The notes: a model not told the origin generated them from the sequence alone. Shown: positions 20,195 to 31,092, numbered from the stretch's first letter. The stretch: DNA of 64,000 nucleotides from Candidatus Heimdallarchaeota archaeon (GCA_020353515.1 CP070695.1:1864041-1928040), one strand, 5' to 3'. Numbers and translations: made by a program.

Positions 20195-21232
20195 CTATCT
20201 GGAAACCTTTCGATGAATATCCAAGATATCAGTTAATAAAGCATAACCTGTAGCCTCACGACCTGCACCAGGTCCGACTATTGTCACATCACCGAGATAT
20301 TTTGTAGTGTAAGTTAAGGCATTTATTGGGCCACTTACTGCAGCGAGAGGATGATCTAAGGGGATTTTCTCTGGCCTCACATATGCATCAACAAATCCAT
20401 CTTCTTTTAATTCAGCTCCCGCTATAAGTTTCCAGCGTTTTCCTTCCTTATTAGCTTCTTTAATATCCTGATAAGTGATCTTAGTAATTCCTTGACAGGG
20501 GACTTGGTCTTTAGTGATGTTCCCACCCATTACAACATTGGTTAGAATCACGATTTTTCCCAAAGCATCATAGCCTTCAACATCAGCAGTCGGATCAGCT
20601 TCAGCATAACCAAGGTCTTGTGCTTGTTTTAATGCTACCTCATAAGTCAAGCCTTTCTCCATCTCGGTTAAGATGTAATTAGTAGTCCCATTAACAATCC
20701 CAGCAATTTTAGTTATTTTCGAGCTTGCTAGATTATTTACTCCTAAATTAAGAGCTGGAGTCCCACTTAAAACAGTCCCCTCAAATCTTATCTCAACACC
20801 ATTTGTTTTTGCCATTGAAAGGAGTTCTCGCGCAGCCAAGGCAATTGGCCCTTTATTAGTCATAACTATATGTTTGTGACATCCAATAGCAGTCTTAATA
20901 TGCGAAATTGCTGGTTCTCCTGTGTTAATATCTGTCCAAGACACTTCTACAATAAGGTTTGCATTTGTTTCTGTAATTGTTTGAATACTATCCCATCCCT
21001 TAATCCCCTCTGGGTAATCCTCAATCTTGCCTGTAGATTTTACCAAATCTAAAAGCTTTTGAACATCTAATCCATTTTCTGCATAAACTGAACCTTTCAT
21101 TTTGTCAGCTATAGCAACAACTTCAAATTCAAAACCAAACTGGTTTTTTAAATCGGTTTTCTGTTCCAAGAGTATTTCTGCAAGACCCTGGCCGACAACT
21201 CCAAAACCGATAAATGCTATTCTTGTTATCAC
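20195..21232 (-). CDS. hom: Homoserine dehydrogenase (no ACT domain)
   Basis: GFGVVG, TNKGP, GIVNGTTNYIL, GYAEADPTADVEGYDA and GPGAG motifs. Confidence 0.95.
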   Translation of the reverse strand: MITRIAFIGFGVVGQGLAEILLEQKTDLKNQFGFEFEVVAIADKMKGSVYAENGLDVQKLLDLVKSTGKIEDYPEGIKGWDSIQTITETNANLIVEVSWTDINTGEPAISHIKTAIGCHKHIVMTNKGPIALAARELLSMAKTNGVEIRFEGTVLSGTPALNLGVNNLASSKITKIAGIVNGTTNYILTEMEKGLTYEVALKQAQDLGYAEADPTADVEGYDALGKIVILTNVVMGGNITKDQVPCQGITKITYQDIKEANKEGKRWKLIAGAELKEDGFVDAYVRPEKIPLDHPLAAVSGPINALTYTTKYLGDVTIVGPGAGREATGYALLTDILDIHRKVSR

Positions 21233-21246
21233 TTAATCCACCTTTT

Positions 21247-22416
21247 TTAGAATGAATCCTTAATGCTTTCTATTGCCTCATTAATATTATCAACAGACGT
21301 TGCATACGAAAATCTAAGATATCCTTCTCCCACATCTCCAAAAACTGTTCCTGGAAGACAAGCTACCCCATTCTCCTCTAATAATTTATCTGCCAATTCT
21401 TTTGAAGTTTTTCCAGTATCTTTAATATTAGGAAAAACATAAAATGCACCCTGGGGCCGCAAACAGGAAAATCCTGAAATGCTATTCAAGCCATCAACGA
21501 TAGCATCTCGTCTTTTGCGAAAGGCCTTCATATTCCTCTTCAGCTCCTCTTGAGGTTCTTTCATGGTTAATGCTGCGGCACCTGCTTTCTGGATGAAAGC
21601 ATTTACACAAGAGACTGTCATTGAAATTAAAAGCCCCATTCGATCAATGATTCTCTCTGGTCCTATTACATAGCCCAATCTCCATCCAGTCATTGAATAA
21701 GCTTTAGAGAAGCCGTCTAAAATGACTGTTCTTTCCTTACATTCATCATGTTCAGAACAAGAGTAAAAAGTCTCATCATAGGTCATTTTAGAATAAATTT
21801 CGTCAGAAAGAAGGTAAACATTGTTCTCTTCTGCGAGTTCTGCAATGCGAATGATTTCTTCCTTCTTCATAACTGAACCTGTTGGATTTTGTGGGCTGTT
21901 TAAAACGATGACTTTTGTTTTAGGCGAAATTTTTTCTTCTACATCAGCGGGGTTTAATCGAAATTCATTTTCTTCTTTAAGGGGAAGCGAAATATTTCCT
22001 GTATTTAGATAATGGACGACAGCCCTGTAAGTAGGAAATCCAGGATTAGGGTGAATTACTTCTTCTTTGAGGGGATTATCACTTGCTGCTCGTATCATAT
22101 AAAAAATTGCAGAGTTTCCTCCTGGTACAACTAAGATCTGATTTAATAAAGGACAAAATCCTCTTGTTTTTTCAATCTCGTCTTGAATGGCTTCTTTCAA
22201 TTCAAGAATCCCTTGCGCTGAAACATATCCAGTGAAATTCTCATCCAGCGCTTTTTTGGCTACGTCTTTAACACATTCAGGAGTACAAAAATCTGGTTGA
22301 CCTATTTCAAAGTGTAAAACTCGCTTACCTTGACGTTCAAGGGTTTGTGCTCGTGATAGAACATCAAAAATCCCTGCTCCAGTCCTTAAGCCCTCAAAAT
22401 CGAGCATATTACTCAC
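21247..22416 (-). CDS. Class I/II PLP-dependent aminotransferase (aspartate aminotransferase-like)
   Basis: IGQPDF, NSPQNPTG, SDEIY and DGFSKAYSMTGWRLGY motifs. Confidence 0.93.
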   Translation of the reverse strand: MSNMLDFEGLRTGAGIFDVLSRAQTLERQGKRVLHFEIGQPDFCTPECVKDVAKKALDENFTGYVSAQGILELKEAIQDEIEKTRGFCPLLNQILVVPGGNSAIFYMIRAASDNPLKEEVIHPNPGFPTYRAVVHYLNTGNISLPLKEENEFRLNPADVEEKISPKTKVIVLNSPQNPTGSVMKKEEIIRIAELAEENNVYLLSDEIYSKMTYDETFYSCSEHDECKERTVILDGFSKAYSMTGWRLGYVIGPERIIDRMGLLISMTVSCVNAFIQKAGAAALTMKEPQEELKRNMKAFRKRRDAIVDGLNSISGFSCLRPQGAFYVFPNIKDTGKTSKELADKLLEENGVACLPGTVFGDVGEGYLRFSYATSVDNINEAIESIKDSF

Positions 22417-23700
22417 TCAACGATGATGAAGGTTTCGTGCTGCAATAAATGGTAAACCATTCTCTGTAAGAATTCGAGCAGTAGTATTAATGGCATCCTG
22501 TCTATCAAGATAGTTCGTACGTAAAGCATCCCAATCATTAGCGCTTATAATATCTTCTTTAGAACGGAAATAGTCTAGAATATCTGACGGATGATCACGG
22601 GTTCTTTCAACTTCGACGTTGCCGCCTTCATGTTTTGCACTTATGTTTTTAACACGAGCTGCTAGTTCTACTAACTCCTCACGTCGATCATATGGTTGTC
22701 GTACGATACTTTTCCAAGTCTCAATCACATGATGTTCTAAGCGAACTACATCTTCAAAACCAAACTCGTTTCTAATATAAGCACTCAACTCAATCGTCTG
22801 ATTATTCACAGAATTTGCTAGATTAAATCCAATTAATGGACTACTACCATTTTCTCGAGCAAATAACTTCGCAGCAAGAAGAGTCCAAAAACAAGAATAA
22901 GGATTATCATTCCCAACAAATACAGAAATCTTGAATTCGTTGTTGATTCCTAATTTATGTAGAAAATAGCCTAAAAGAATGGTACCTAAATTAATATTGA
23001 GAACTTGCTGAACACCATAATTTGTATAATAATAGAGATATTCATCTACCCATTTAAGAGCAAAATCATTAGGTTGACCGACTCCACCAAAATAACCTGT
23101 GATAGTCCCTGGACCCCCTAAATGAACATTGACAGGATTTCCATCGGGGCCTGGAGCTGTCCCCTTAGTGTCCAAAGTTTCGACATAAGTTGCACCAATG
23201 ATCTGCATAGCTGCAGTCATTGCTAACAAATCCCCATCTTCTTCTTGTTCTTTCATTCTCCTAACTCGGATGATCCGTCCAGGTAATAACTCCTGATTGG
23301 CAATAGCACGTTTAGCTCCTTCAATCAGGAAAGGAAAATATTGACATGCTGAAAGTTCCAAAGTTACAGCAAAAGCATCATCAAACTTAAATTTATTAAC
23401 ATCGCCCCCTAGTACTTTTCGATGATAATCCTCAATTGGAATGAATGCTTGTTGATCCCGTTGAGTGGTTAACCAATCTAAGTCTTTAACATAATCTGGT
23501 TTCTTCTTCTCTAGTTTATATAAGATAGTCTCTAAGTCCCTAGCTTCCTTAGCTTTAAGATTAATGTTATCAATCCCACCATACTTATCTATAACTTCTA
23601 AAAGATCGTTAATTAATGGATTATCCTCATTCAGCAAAAAATCATTTATTTCTTTTAGATTTTGGTCTGGTATTCGTAACTTTGCTCGTAAATTATTCAT
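22417..23700 (-). CDS. Hypothetical soluble enzyme-like protein, first gene of the operon
   Basis: Long ORF; ATG 23700 follows a GGAGG SD. It is rich in motif-like segments (ETLDTKGT, HLGG, GYFGG, EHH, KHEGG). Family not recognised. Confidence 0.85.
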   Translation of the reverse strand: MNNLRAKLRIPDQNLKEINDFLLNEDNPLINDLLEVIDKYGGIDNINLKAKEARDLETILYKLEKKKPDYVKDLDWLTTQRDQQAFIPIEDYHRKVLGGDVNKFKFDDAFAVTLELSACQYFPFLIEGAKRAIANQELLPGRIIRVRRMKEQEEDGDLLAMTAAMQIIGATYVETLDTKGTAPGPDGNPVNVHLGGPGTITGYFGGVGQPNDFALKWVDEYLYYYTNYGVQQVLNINLGTILLGYFLHKLGINNEFKISVFVGNDNPYSCFWTLLAAKLFARENGSSPLIGFNLANSVNNQTIELSAYIRNEFGFEDVVRLEHHVIETWKSIVRQPYDRREELVELAARVKNISAKHEGGNVEVERTRDHPSDILDYFRSKEDIISANDWDALRTNYLDRQDAINTTARILTENGLPFIAARNLHHR

Positions 23701-24125
23701 AAAATAGGCCTCCAAAGCGTAATTCAAATTTCCCCTAATAATTTTAACATTTTTCAAAGTTTTTGTGCTTCTATTTAGTAGAGAGAATACTTACGCTATG
23801 ATGTCAAAGGTTGTCTCAAACAACCTTGGTTCTTTTTTTTTCTTGATTGAACCTTAAGCTAATTTCAAAAACCACTTAATGGGATTTTATCCCTTGAATG
23901 GTAATATTATTCAGTATGGAAATCATCCTGTATAAACTTCTAATTTTCAGAATAACAGGATGATATTACCCTTTTGCTAATTAATTTTGATTCTAAGTTC
24001 AGATAAGTGCAGAAAGCAATAAATACTTAAAACTTAGTAAAACATAACTACTTTGAATTTGATTTCACATATTAGTTTAACAGTCTAGAGAGAAGACTTC
24101 TCCATGATAATAGGTGGTAATAAAT

Positions 24126-25238
24126 ATGAGTTTGCGTAATTATATCATTCGGCGTGTAATTTTTAGCATTCCTTTAATTTTAGGAATTTCTATCATCCTC
24201 TTCACACTTATGTGGCTTAGTCCAATGGATTATGTTGATGTCCTAAAGCAGGGGGATCCCACTTTGACACAGGAAGAAATGGAAAACATGCGCCATCAGC
24301 TAGGACTAGATCGCCCTCCCCAAGAACAATATTTGTTCTGGTTATTTGGAAAAAACTCTGAAGACAGCGATTATTTAACAGAGTTTTCAGATTATGTTTT
24401 ATTGGGATTGGGTAGAGGAATTCAAAGCACCTTCAAAATAGATTTAGATATTGGGCCGAGTGATTTTACCCCAGGCTTCGTTTTTGGTAATTTAGGACGT
24501 TCTTATTCAGGTTCCACTATTAACTCCTTGATTGGAGCATTAGCCTGGCAAACCATGAAACTCCAATTAGCCTCATTAATTATGAGTCTAATGCTAGGTA
24601 TACCTCTAGGGATTTTTTCCGCAAGACGGCCTTACTCAAAAACAGACAATGTTTCTACAACATTTGCCTTATTTGGTGTCTCAATGCCAGTCTTTTGGAC
24701 AGGAATCATGTGCATTTTACTCTTCTCGGACTGGAAAATATTCTTTGGAATCAAATTTCCCACAATTGGTGCATATAGTTATGACTTGACGGGAAATGAA
24801 ACCTTCCTTGAGCTGATATGGGATGAACTATTTCATATGATTATCCCAACTGTCGTCTTAGGGCTAAGTGGAACCGCTTTGATTCTCAGGTTGACGAGAT
24901 CAAGCATGTTGGAAGTTTTACGGCAGGATTATATTCTGACAGCCCGATCGAAAGGTCTCTCAGAGAGATTAGTAATTTACAAACATGCTTTAAGTAACGC
25001 ACTACTACCTGTAGTCACTGTTGTTGGATTAAGTATAGGTTTCTTATTGGCTGGTGCTGCATTAACTGAAACGGTTTTTTCGTGGCCGGGTCTGGGAAAG
25101 GAAGCTGTTTACCGAGTAAATGTCAGAGATTACAACTTTATGATGGGGATCAATATGTTGATCGCAGTCATGGTGATTCTCGCAAACTTATTGACAGATA
25201 TCACGTATGCATTTCTAGATCCAAGAATACGCTACTAG
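24126..25238 (+). CDS. oppB: Oligopeptide ABC transporter permease
   Basis: LGLDRP, SMPVFW, RSSMLEVLRQDYILTARSKGL and ETVFSWPG motifs. Confidence 0.93.
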   Translation: MSLRNYIIRRVIFSIPLILGISIILFTLMWLSPMDYVDVLKQGDPTLTQEEMENMRHQLGLDRPPQEQYLFWLFGKNSEDSDYLTEFSDYVLLGLGRGIQSTFKIDLDIGPSDFTPGFVFGNLGRSYSGSTINSLIGALAWQTMKLQLASLIMSLMLGIPLGIFSARRPYSKTDNVSTTFALFGVSMPVFWTGIMCILLFSDWKIFFGIKFPTIGAYSYDLTGNETFLELIWDELFHMIIPTVVLGLSGTALILRLTRSSMLEVLRQDYILTARSKGLSERLVIYKHALSNALLPVVTVVGLSIGFLLAGAALTETVFSWPGLGKEAVYRVNVRDYNFMMGINMLIAVMVILANLLTDITYAFLDPRIRY

Positions 25239-25270
25239 AGTTATGAAACGCTTGAGGTGAAATTATAATT

Positions 25271-26968
25271 ATGGCTGAACATAGACTTGATGAAGCAAAA
25301 TTAGAAGAACTTGAAAAGGAGAAGCAAAAGAGAAGACGCGTTGGCCGATTAATGGTTTTTTGGAGAAGATTCAGACGTCATAGGATGGGTGTTTTTGGAT
25401 TATCAATCATTGTTTTCATAACTCTATTAGCTATCTTTGCGGATTTTCTCGCTGGAACTAATGGCCTTATCCCATATGGGCCCTCAGACGAACGTCTCGA
25501 AGCTCAATATGTTGCCCCATTTGGATTTGAACTGAATAAAGATAGAGATGCATCTTTAGCTGCTCAGGGTAAGGAAAAAACATTGGGAGCAGTTTATTAT
25601 GATAGAGAAATTAATTTTACCAATGGGATATCTCAACAAAACCTAACACATTATCAACAACTAAGTCAAATTGATAGTATTGAATCAGCTAATGGTAACA
25701 ACGAACTTTGGACGAACTCTGAAGGGGATTTTGACCATGATTCTGGTCAGATTACTCTTACCGACAATAGCTTTAGTGGAACTGCTCTTGTTGATTATCG
25801 TGTGGCAGGAAAATGTGCACTAAGGATTACTCCCTACAAGAGTGATATTTCTCAGATTAAAATGTGGATGAAGGTCGCTACTGACTATGCAGAACTCTCT
25901 TGGCCCGAGCCTGTTGATTTATATATTTTCGAGGACGGAGTAGATTTCGATACTGGGGAGGCAATAGCCACAACAAGTATCGATGGTCATAAAATCGTTT
26001 CTGGTCCTGGTGCTATAAACCCTACTGGTGTCACTTTTAATTTTGGTTATAAAGCTGTAGGAGTAACCCCCCAACGGAATTATTGGCTCGTTCTTGACAC
26101 AAATCTCATTAGGATGGAGTCACCAAGCGTAGATCTCCGTTTATTCATGGATTCAGGCAGCGATCCATTGGATCCTCTTAACTTAATGGGAAGGGGAAAG
26201 AACTGGAATAATTATGAAAAATGGGAAGGTACTACAATACCAGAGGAAGGAGAGTTACCTCGTATGAATGCCTATTTTGGTACAAATAAATTCCACCTAC
26301 TTGGTACAGATTCCTTAGGTAGAGACATACTCTCAGCTACTATCCATGGTGCTAGAACCTCACTTATTGTAGCTTTTGTTGCAATATCTATCCGAATCGT
26401 TATTGGTCTAGCTTTAGGTTCGATTGCAGGTTATTATGGTGGGAAAATTGATAATGCTATCATGAGACTAACTGATGTTTTCCTAGCAATTCCCTTTTTC
26501 TTTCTTATTCTTATTGCAATTACTATTTGGGAACAAGTAAGCTTAATAGTGCTTTCAATTACCCTTGGGTTGTTTGGTTGGTCACAAACTGCTCGAATTG
26601 TACGTGCTGAATTTCTCCACTTGCGAGAAATGGAGTATACCGATGCTGCTAAATCCCTAGGGGTATCTGATAGATCTATAATTTTCAAACATCTTTTACC
26701 CAATGCAATGGCCCCTGTTATCGTGACCGCATCATTAGGAGTTGCTACAGTAATATTAATTGAAGCAGGGCTCTCATTCCTTGGTTTTGGTGACCCATTA
26801 GCAATTTCTTGGGGAACAGCTATTCAATGGGGGATAGCTGGGCAGTCATTGAGGTTTGCTCCTTGGGTAGCCACAATCCCAGGGCTTGCAATATTCGTTG
26901 CAGTTGTTGGTTTTAATCTACTAGGAGATGCCTTAAGAGATGCACTCGATCCTAGGTTGAAAAATTAA
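25271..26968 (+). CDS. oppC: Oligopeptide ABC transporter permease with a large extracellular insertion
   Basis: [21 protein letters not shown] and [13 protein letters not shown] motifs; about 250 extra residues after TM1. Confidence 0.93.
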   Translation: MAEHRLDEAKLEELEKEKQKRRRVGRLMVFWRRFRRHRMGVFGLSIIVFITLLAIFADFLAGTNGLIPYGPSDERLEAQYVAPFGFELNKDRDASLAAQGKEKTLGAVYYDREINFTNGISQQNLTHYQQLSQIDSIESANGNNELWTNSEGDFDHDSGQITLTDNSFSGTALVDYRVAGKCALRITPYKSDISQIKMWMKVATDYAELSWPEPVDLYIFEDGVDFDTGEAIATTSIDGHKIVSGPGAINPTGVTFNFGYKAVGVTPQRNYWLVLDTNLIRMESPSVDLRLFMDSGSDPLDPLNLMGRGKNWNNYEKWEGTTIPEEGELPRMNAYFGTNKFHLLGTDSLGRDILSATIHGARTSLIVAFVAISIRIVIGLALGSIAGYYGGKIDNAIMRLTDVFLAIPFFFLILIAITIWEQVSLIVLSITLGLFGWSQTARIVRAEFLHLREMEYTDAAKSLGVSDRSIIFKHLLPNAMAPVIVTASLGVATVILIEAGLSFLGFGDPLAISWGTAIQWGIAGQSLRFAPWVATIPGLAIFVAVVGFNLLGDALRDALDPRLKN

Positions 26969-26983
26969 TCAAGAGGGTACATA

Positions 26984-27976
26984 ATGAGTACAACATCTAC
27001 AGATGGGACCATCCTTGAAATGAAAGGATTAAAGACACAATTCTTCACTGAAGACGGAGTCGTAAAAGCTGTTGACGGTGTAGACCTTAAAATAAAAAGG
27101 AAAGAGGTTTTAGGGCTTGTGGGAGAATCAGGTTGTGGGAAGACGATGACTTCGCTCTCAATACTACGCCTGATTCCTGATCCTCCAGGTAAAATCGTTG
27201 AAGGAGAAGTTTTCTTTAATGGTAAGGATCTCCTAAAATTAACTGAAGACGAAATTCGTTCAATTCGTGGTAATGAAATCTCAATGATTTTCCAAGACCC
27301 TATGACTTCACTTAACCCAGTTTTTACAGTAGAGAATCAGATTCTTGAGAATATTAAATTACACCAGAACCTAGACGATAAGGAAGCATTAGAATCTGGA
27401 ATCCAGATGTTAGACTTGGTAGGAATTCCTGAAGCTTCAAAACGAATACATGATTACCCACATCTCTTTAGCGGAGGCATGAGACAACGAGTAATGATAG
27501 CAATGGCTTTATCATGCCAGCCTGATCTATTAATTGCTGATGAACCTACAACCGCTTTAGACGTTACTATTCAAGCCCAGGTTTTAGAATTAATGAAAAA
27601 TCTTCAAGAGGAACTTAATATGGCTATTCTTTATATTACACATAATCTGGGTGTTATTGCAGAGATTTCTGATAATGTCGCAGTTATGTACGCAGGCAAC
27701 ATTGTCGAGTACGCTGCTGTTGAACCACTATTTGGAAGTCCGAGTCATCCCTATACACAAGCCTTGTTAGGTTCAATACCACGAATGGATAAGAAATTAG
27801 ATCGTCTAAGTGTTATTAAAGGAACAGTACCAAACTTAATAACCCCGCCAACTGGTTGTAGATTCCATCCCCGTTGTCCTTACGCGACTGAAGTATGTAA
27901 GGAACAAAAACCTCCTTATATTGATGTTGAACCAAATCATAAAGTCTATTGCCATTATGCAGGACAATTAGAGTGA
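26984..27976 (+). CDS. oppD: Oligopeptide ABC transporter ATP-binding protein
   Basis: [33 protein letters not shown] and a C-terminal Cys-rich HPY domain. Confidence 0.95.
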   Translation: MSTTSTDGTILEMKGLKTQFFTEDGVVKAVDGVDLKIKRKEVLGLVGESGCGKTMTSLSILRLIPDPPGKIVEGEVFFNGKDLLKLTEDEIRSIRGNEISMIFQDPMTSLNPVFTVENQILENIKLHQNLDDKEALESGIQMLDLVGIPEASKRIHDYPHLFSGGMRQRVMIAMALSCQPDLLIADEPTTALDVTIQAQVLELMKNLQEELNMAILYITHNLGVIAEISDNVAVMYAGNIVEYAAVEPLFGSPSHPYTQALLGSIPRMDKKLDRLSVIKGTVPNLITPPTGCRFHPRCPYATEVCKEQKPPYIDVEPNHKVYCHYAGQLE

Positions 27977-27987
27977 GGTAATATAAA

Positions 27988-28974
27988 TTGGCAACTAATG
28001 GACAAGCAATTATTGAAGTGAACAATTTATACAAATTCTTTCCTGTGAAGGAAGGAATCATTCGACAGACTGTAAAAGGGAATATACATGCTGTAGATAA
28101 TATTTCTTTTAAAGTTTTCAAAGGAGAGACAATGGGTTTAGTTGGAGAAAGTGGTTGTGGGAAAACAACTACTGCTAGAATGCTATTAAGGCTTGATGAA
28201 CCGACTGATGGAGAAATTTGGATCAATGGGATAGAAATCTCTAAAATCAAGAAAAGGGATATGCACCTTTTTCGTAAATCGATACAAATGGTATTCCAAG
28301 ACCCCTACTCTTCCCTAAATCCTCGAATGACTGTTTATGATATCATATCTGAAGGGATAAAGCTCTTTAAACTAACCAGAAGTAAGACTGAGACTGAAGA
28401 AAGAGTATTGGAATTAATGGATTTAGTAGGATTAGCTCCTTTTCACATTTATCGATATCCTCATGAATTTTCTGGAGGACAAAGACAAAGAATTGGGATT
28501 GCACGCTCCCTCTCCGTTAGTCCTGATATAATTGTGGCTGATGAACCTGTTTCAGCTCTTGACGTTTCAATACGTGCTCAAATATTAAATCTCCTTGATG
28601 ATCTCCAAAATGAACTGGGTCTAACATATATTATTGTTGCCCATGACCTCTCAGTAATAAGACATGTATCTGATCGGGTTGCAGTAATGTACGTTGGTAA
28701 GCTTGTTGAAGTTGCAGAAACCAACGAATTATACGGACAGCCAATGCATCCTTATACTGAAGCACTTATGTCCGCTGTACCAATTCCAGACCCCAGTGTT
28801 CGGGACAAACGGAAACGAATAATTTTACATGGAGACGCTGCCACCCCATTTAATCCTAAACCAGGCTGTCGATTTAAAGAAAGATGTGCATATGCAAAGA
28901 AAAAGTGTGAGGAAGATCCTCCTTTAGAAGAAAAAACACCCGGTCATTTTGCTGCATGTTGGTTCCCCAAGTAA
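27988..28974 (+). CDS. oppF: Oligopeptide ABC transporter ATP-binding protein
   Basis: [28 protein letters not shown] and DEPVSALD motifs. Confidence 0.95.
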   Translation: MATNGQAIIEVNNLYKFFPVKEGIIRQTVKGNIHAVDNISFKVFKGETMGLVGESGCGKTTTARMLLRLDEPTDGEIWINGIEISKIKKRDMHLFRKSIQMVFQDPYSSLNPRMTVYDIISEGIKLFKLTRSKTETEERVLELMDLVGLAPFHIYRYPHEFSGGQRQRIGIARSLSVSPDIIVADEPVSALDVSIRAQILNLLDDLQNELGLTYIIVAHDLSVIRHVSDRVAVMYVGKLVEVAETNELYGQPMHPYTEALMSAVPIPDPSVRDKRKRIILHGDAATPFNPKPGCRFKERCAYAKKKCEEDPPLEEKTPGHFAACWFPK

Positions 28975-29021
28975 TTTGTTGTTCTAAAAATAAAGGTTGA
29001 ATGAAGACACTGTAACTGTCC

Positions 29022-29492
29022 ATGCAAATGGAAAGAAGATTGATGCGATCGAATAAGTCTTCACAGGACTTTTTAAAGTTTTTAGAGGAAAACTATCAAA
29101 TATTATTTGCTATAATAGCCGCTTTTCTTTTATTTCTTAGTAATATCATTTTCACACAGGATATCGGTCTTTATATGGCATTCACTATTATTACAATTCT
29201 CATAGAGGTAATGGTTGGCTCCATCTTCCTTTTATTCAACACTACCTCCTTGATTCTAGCACTGGTTCTTCAAGAAGGATTATCACCTATAGAAAAACGA
29301 TGGGTACAACAAAAAACACGTAAAAATTTGGCAATAATTGTCATATGGCTTCTATTTTCAATATTCACTTTCATCATTATCGCGCCTAACTTCGGTATAA
29401 TCGCAGGAATCTACCTTATTGCCTTAATTTTCATCTTTAAACTCGCAGGGACTGAAGAGAATCCTTTCCTCGAAAGAAGGTATGAGATCTGA
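29022..29492 (+). CDS. Hypothetical 4-TM membrane protein
   Basis: Four hydrophobic segments; co-oriented just after oppF. Confidence 0.7.
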   Translation: MQMERRLMRSNKSSQDFLKFLEENYQILFAIIAAFLLFLSNIIFTQDIGLYMAFTIITILIEVMVGSIFLLFNTTSLILALVLQEGLSPIEKRWVQQKTRKNLAIIVIWLLFSIFTFIIIAPNFGIIAGIYLIALIFIFKLAGTEENPFLERRYEI

Positions 29493-29648
29493 CAAAAATA
29501 TGAAATTTTTAATTTTTATTAACAAAATTAATTAATTACAAATTTTTAACACATGAGTAAAAAGAGTAAATATTTCACCCTCGAACCAAAACCTACCTCA
29601 TTTCAACTTCAGTTTTCGATATATTTAAGTGGGGGAAGTTAGAATAAG

Positions 29649-29990
29649 TTGAATAATATGCCCTTTTCACACAATGTACAAAAATCGAAATCAAACTTAA
29701 TGACCCCATCAACAACTAAAGTTCTAAATATATTAAGATCAGGTAAACCAATGACTGCTACAGAGCTCAAAGAACGGTCAGGATACTCTATTCGAACTGT
29801 TTACTATTCATTAAAACCATTACTTGAACAAGGATTGGTGCATAAGAAAATAAACCTGATGAACATACAAACTACCGAATATCAAATAGCATCACTTACC
29901 AGAGCTTCAACACAAAAAGAAACAGCAATAGCTCGAATAAATACTGAAAAATTAAAAACATCAATAGCAAAAGTCCAAGAATTCAAGTAA
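29649..29990 (+). CDS. Winged helix-turn-helix transcriptional regulator
   Basis: KVLNILRSGKPMTATELKERSGYSIRTVYYSLKPLLEQGLV is a wHTH pattern. The exact start is uncertain. Confidence 0.85.
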   Translation: MNNMPFSHNVQKSKSNLMTPSTTKVLNILRSGKPMTATELKERSGYSIRTVYYSLKPLLEQGLVHKKINLMNIQTTEYQIASLTRASTQKETAIARINTEKLKTSIAKVQEFK

Positions 29991-30095
29991 TTTTTTAAGA
30001 TAAGGTTTTTTCACACTCACTAATCCCATAACAAATGGATATTTCTTATTTTGTTATCAAGTTCTTTCTGAAGAATTTTCTTTGGGAATGATATT

Positions 30096-30452
30096 ATGAA
30101 AGATCAATCTCAACGAAACCCTGAAAAAGAGATTGTACAGAAAATCAGTATCGGATTTATTGTTGCATTAACGCTTGTAACCTTATATATCATCTTTACT
30201 CGAGAATCGATCTCCTTTGAAATCTTGGGAATGTTTTTTTTCTTTATAGGAGGAATTTTCTTCATCATTGGAGGTACAAGAGATTTTTTTGAATCGATTA
30301 TAATAACAAAACTGAGAGGGAAGCAAACAAACACCATTCTTGAACCTACTAGCACAAAATATCTATATGGGTTTGGAAAACCTGGGGAAGACATAATAGC
30401 TGGGAGTATTCTTATATTTGTGTCTTTAGTATGTTGGATGATCGTTATATAA
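30096..30452 (+). CDS. Hypothetical 3-TM membrane protein
   Basis: Three hydrophobic segments; ATG start. Confidence 0.7.
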   Translation: MKDQSQRNPEKEIVQKISIGFIVALTLVTLYIIFTRESISFEILGMFFFFIGGIFFIIGGTRDFFESIIITKLRGKQTNTILEPTSTKYLYGFGKPGEDIIAGSILIFVSLVCWMIVI

Positions 30453-30459
30453 TATTGAT

Positions 30460-31092
30460 TCAAAAGAAAAGGACAATTATAATCCATCCAATTATCATGA
30501 CTCCAATCCCACCGAAGCAAAGTAACAAGATATCAGTCATAGGAATCCGAAATTCATCCAGAGTGATCTCAACATTTTCCATCTGTTCCAAAAACGTTTT
30601 TAACGTTTCTATTTCACCATTATTTAAATCATTGATTATATAAAGTCGTTTATCTTCATCAAAGAAGAACGTAGAATATATATCACCGTTTTTAATTATT
30701 TCTACTTTTTTTATTGAGTTATGAGAACTATCCCAACCTTTAGTTGTAGGAGGAGAGATACCATTAAATTTCTTATCCAACCCACGTCTTTGTTCTAGTT
30801 CTCGTGAAACCATACTTGCTACGAGTGATTTTCGCACTTCAGTTCCAAAAAGAATTACTCTCTTACTTGTCCAGATGATAGTACTATCGCTTAACTTATT
30901 TTCATGATATAAAGTGAATTTACCTTCAAATACGAATAGGATGTTTTCTGTATTTGAGATTGATGGCTCCTCAAGACCATCCCACTCATGATTCGTCTCG
31001 TGTTTGGAAAATCGTAATAATTGCTTCTCAATGTCCTTTGAAAGTCGTTTTTCGAATTTTGAATCTTCACCGATGTCTGAATTAGTCACCAT
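30460..31092 (-). CDS. Hypothetical tail-anchored protein with a possible PH-like domain
   Basis: IIWTSKRVILF resembles the bacterial-PH/GRAM LTxxRIIF motif; single C-terminal TM. Confidence 0.7.
   Translation of the reverse strand: MVTNSDIGEDSKFEKRLSKDIEKQLLRFSKHETNHEWDGLEEPSISNTENILFVFEGKFTLYHENKLSDSTIIWTSKRVILFGTEVRKSLVASMVSRELEQRRGLDKKFNGISPPTTKGWDSSHNSIKKVEIIKNGDIYSTFFFDEDKRLYIINDLNNGEIETLKTFLEQMENVEITLDEFRIPMTDILLLCFGGIGVMIIGWIIIVLFF

Noticed and set aside
30110-30643. ORFs 30110-30520 (-) and 30431-30643 (+)
   Set aside because: Antisense to more plausible membrane-protein genes and without motifs.
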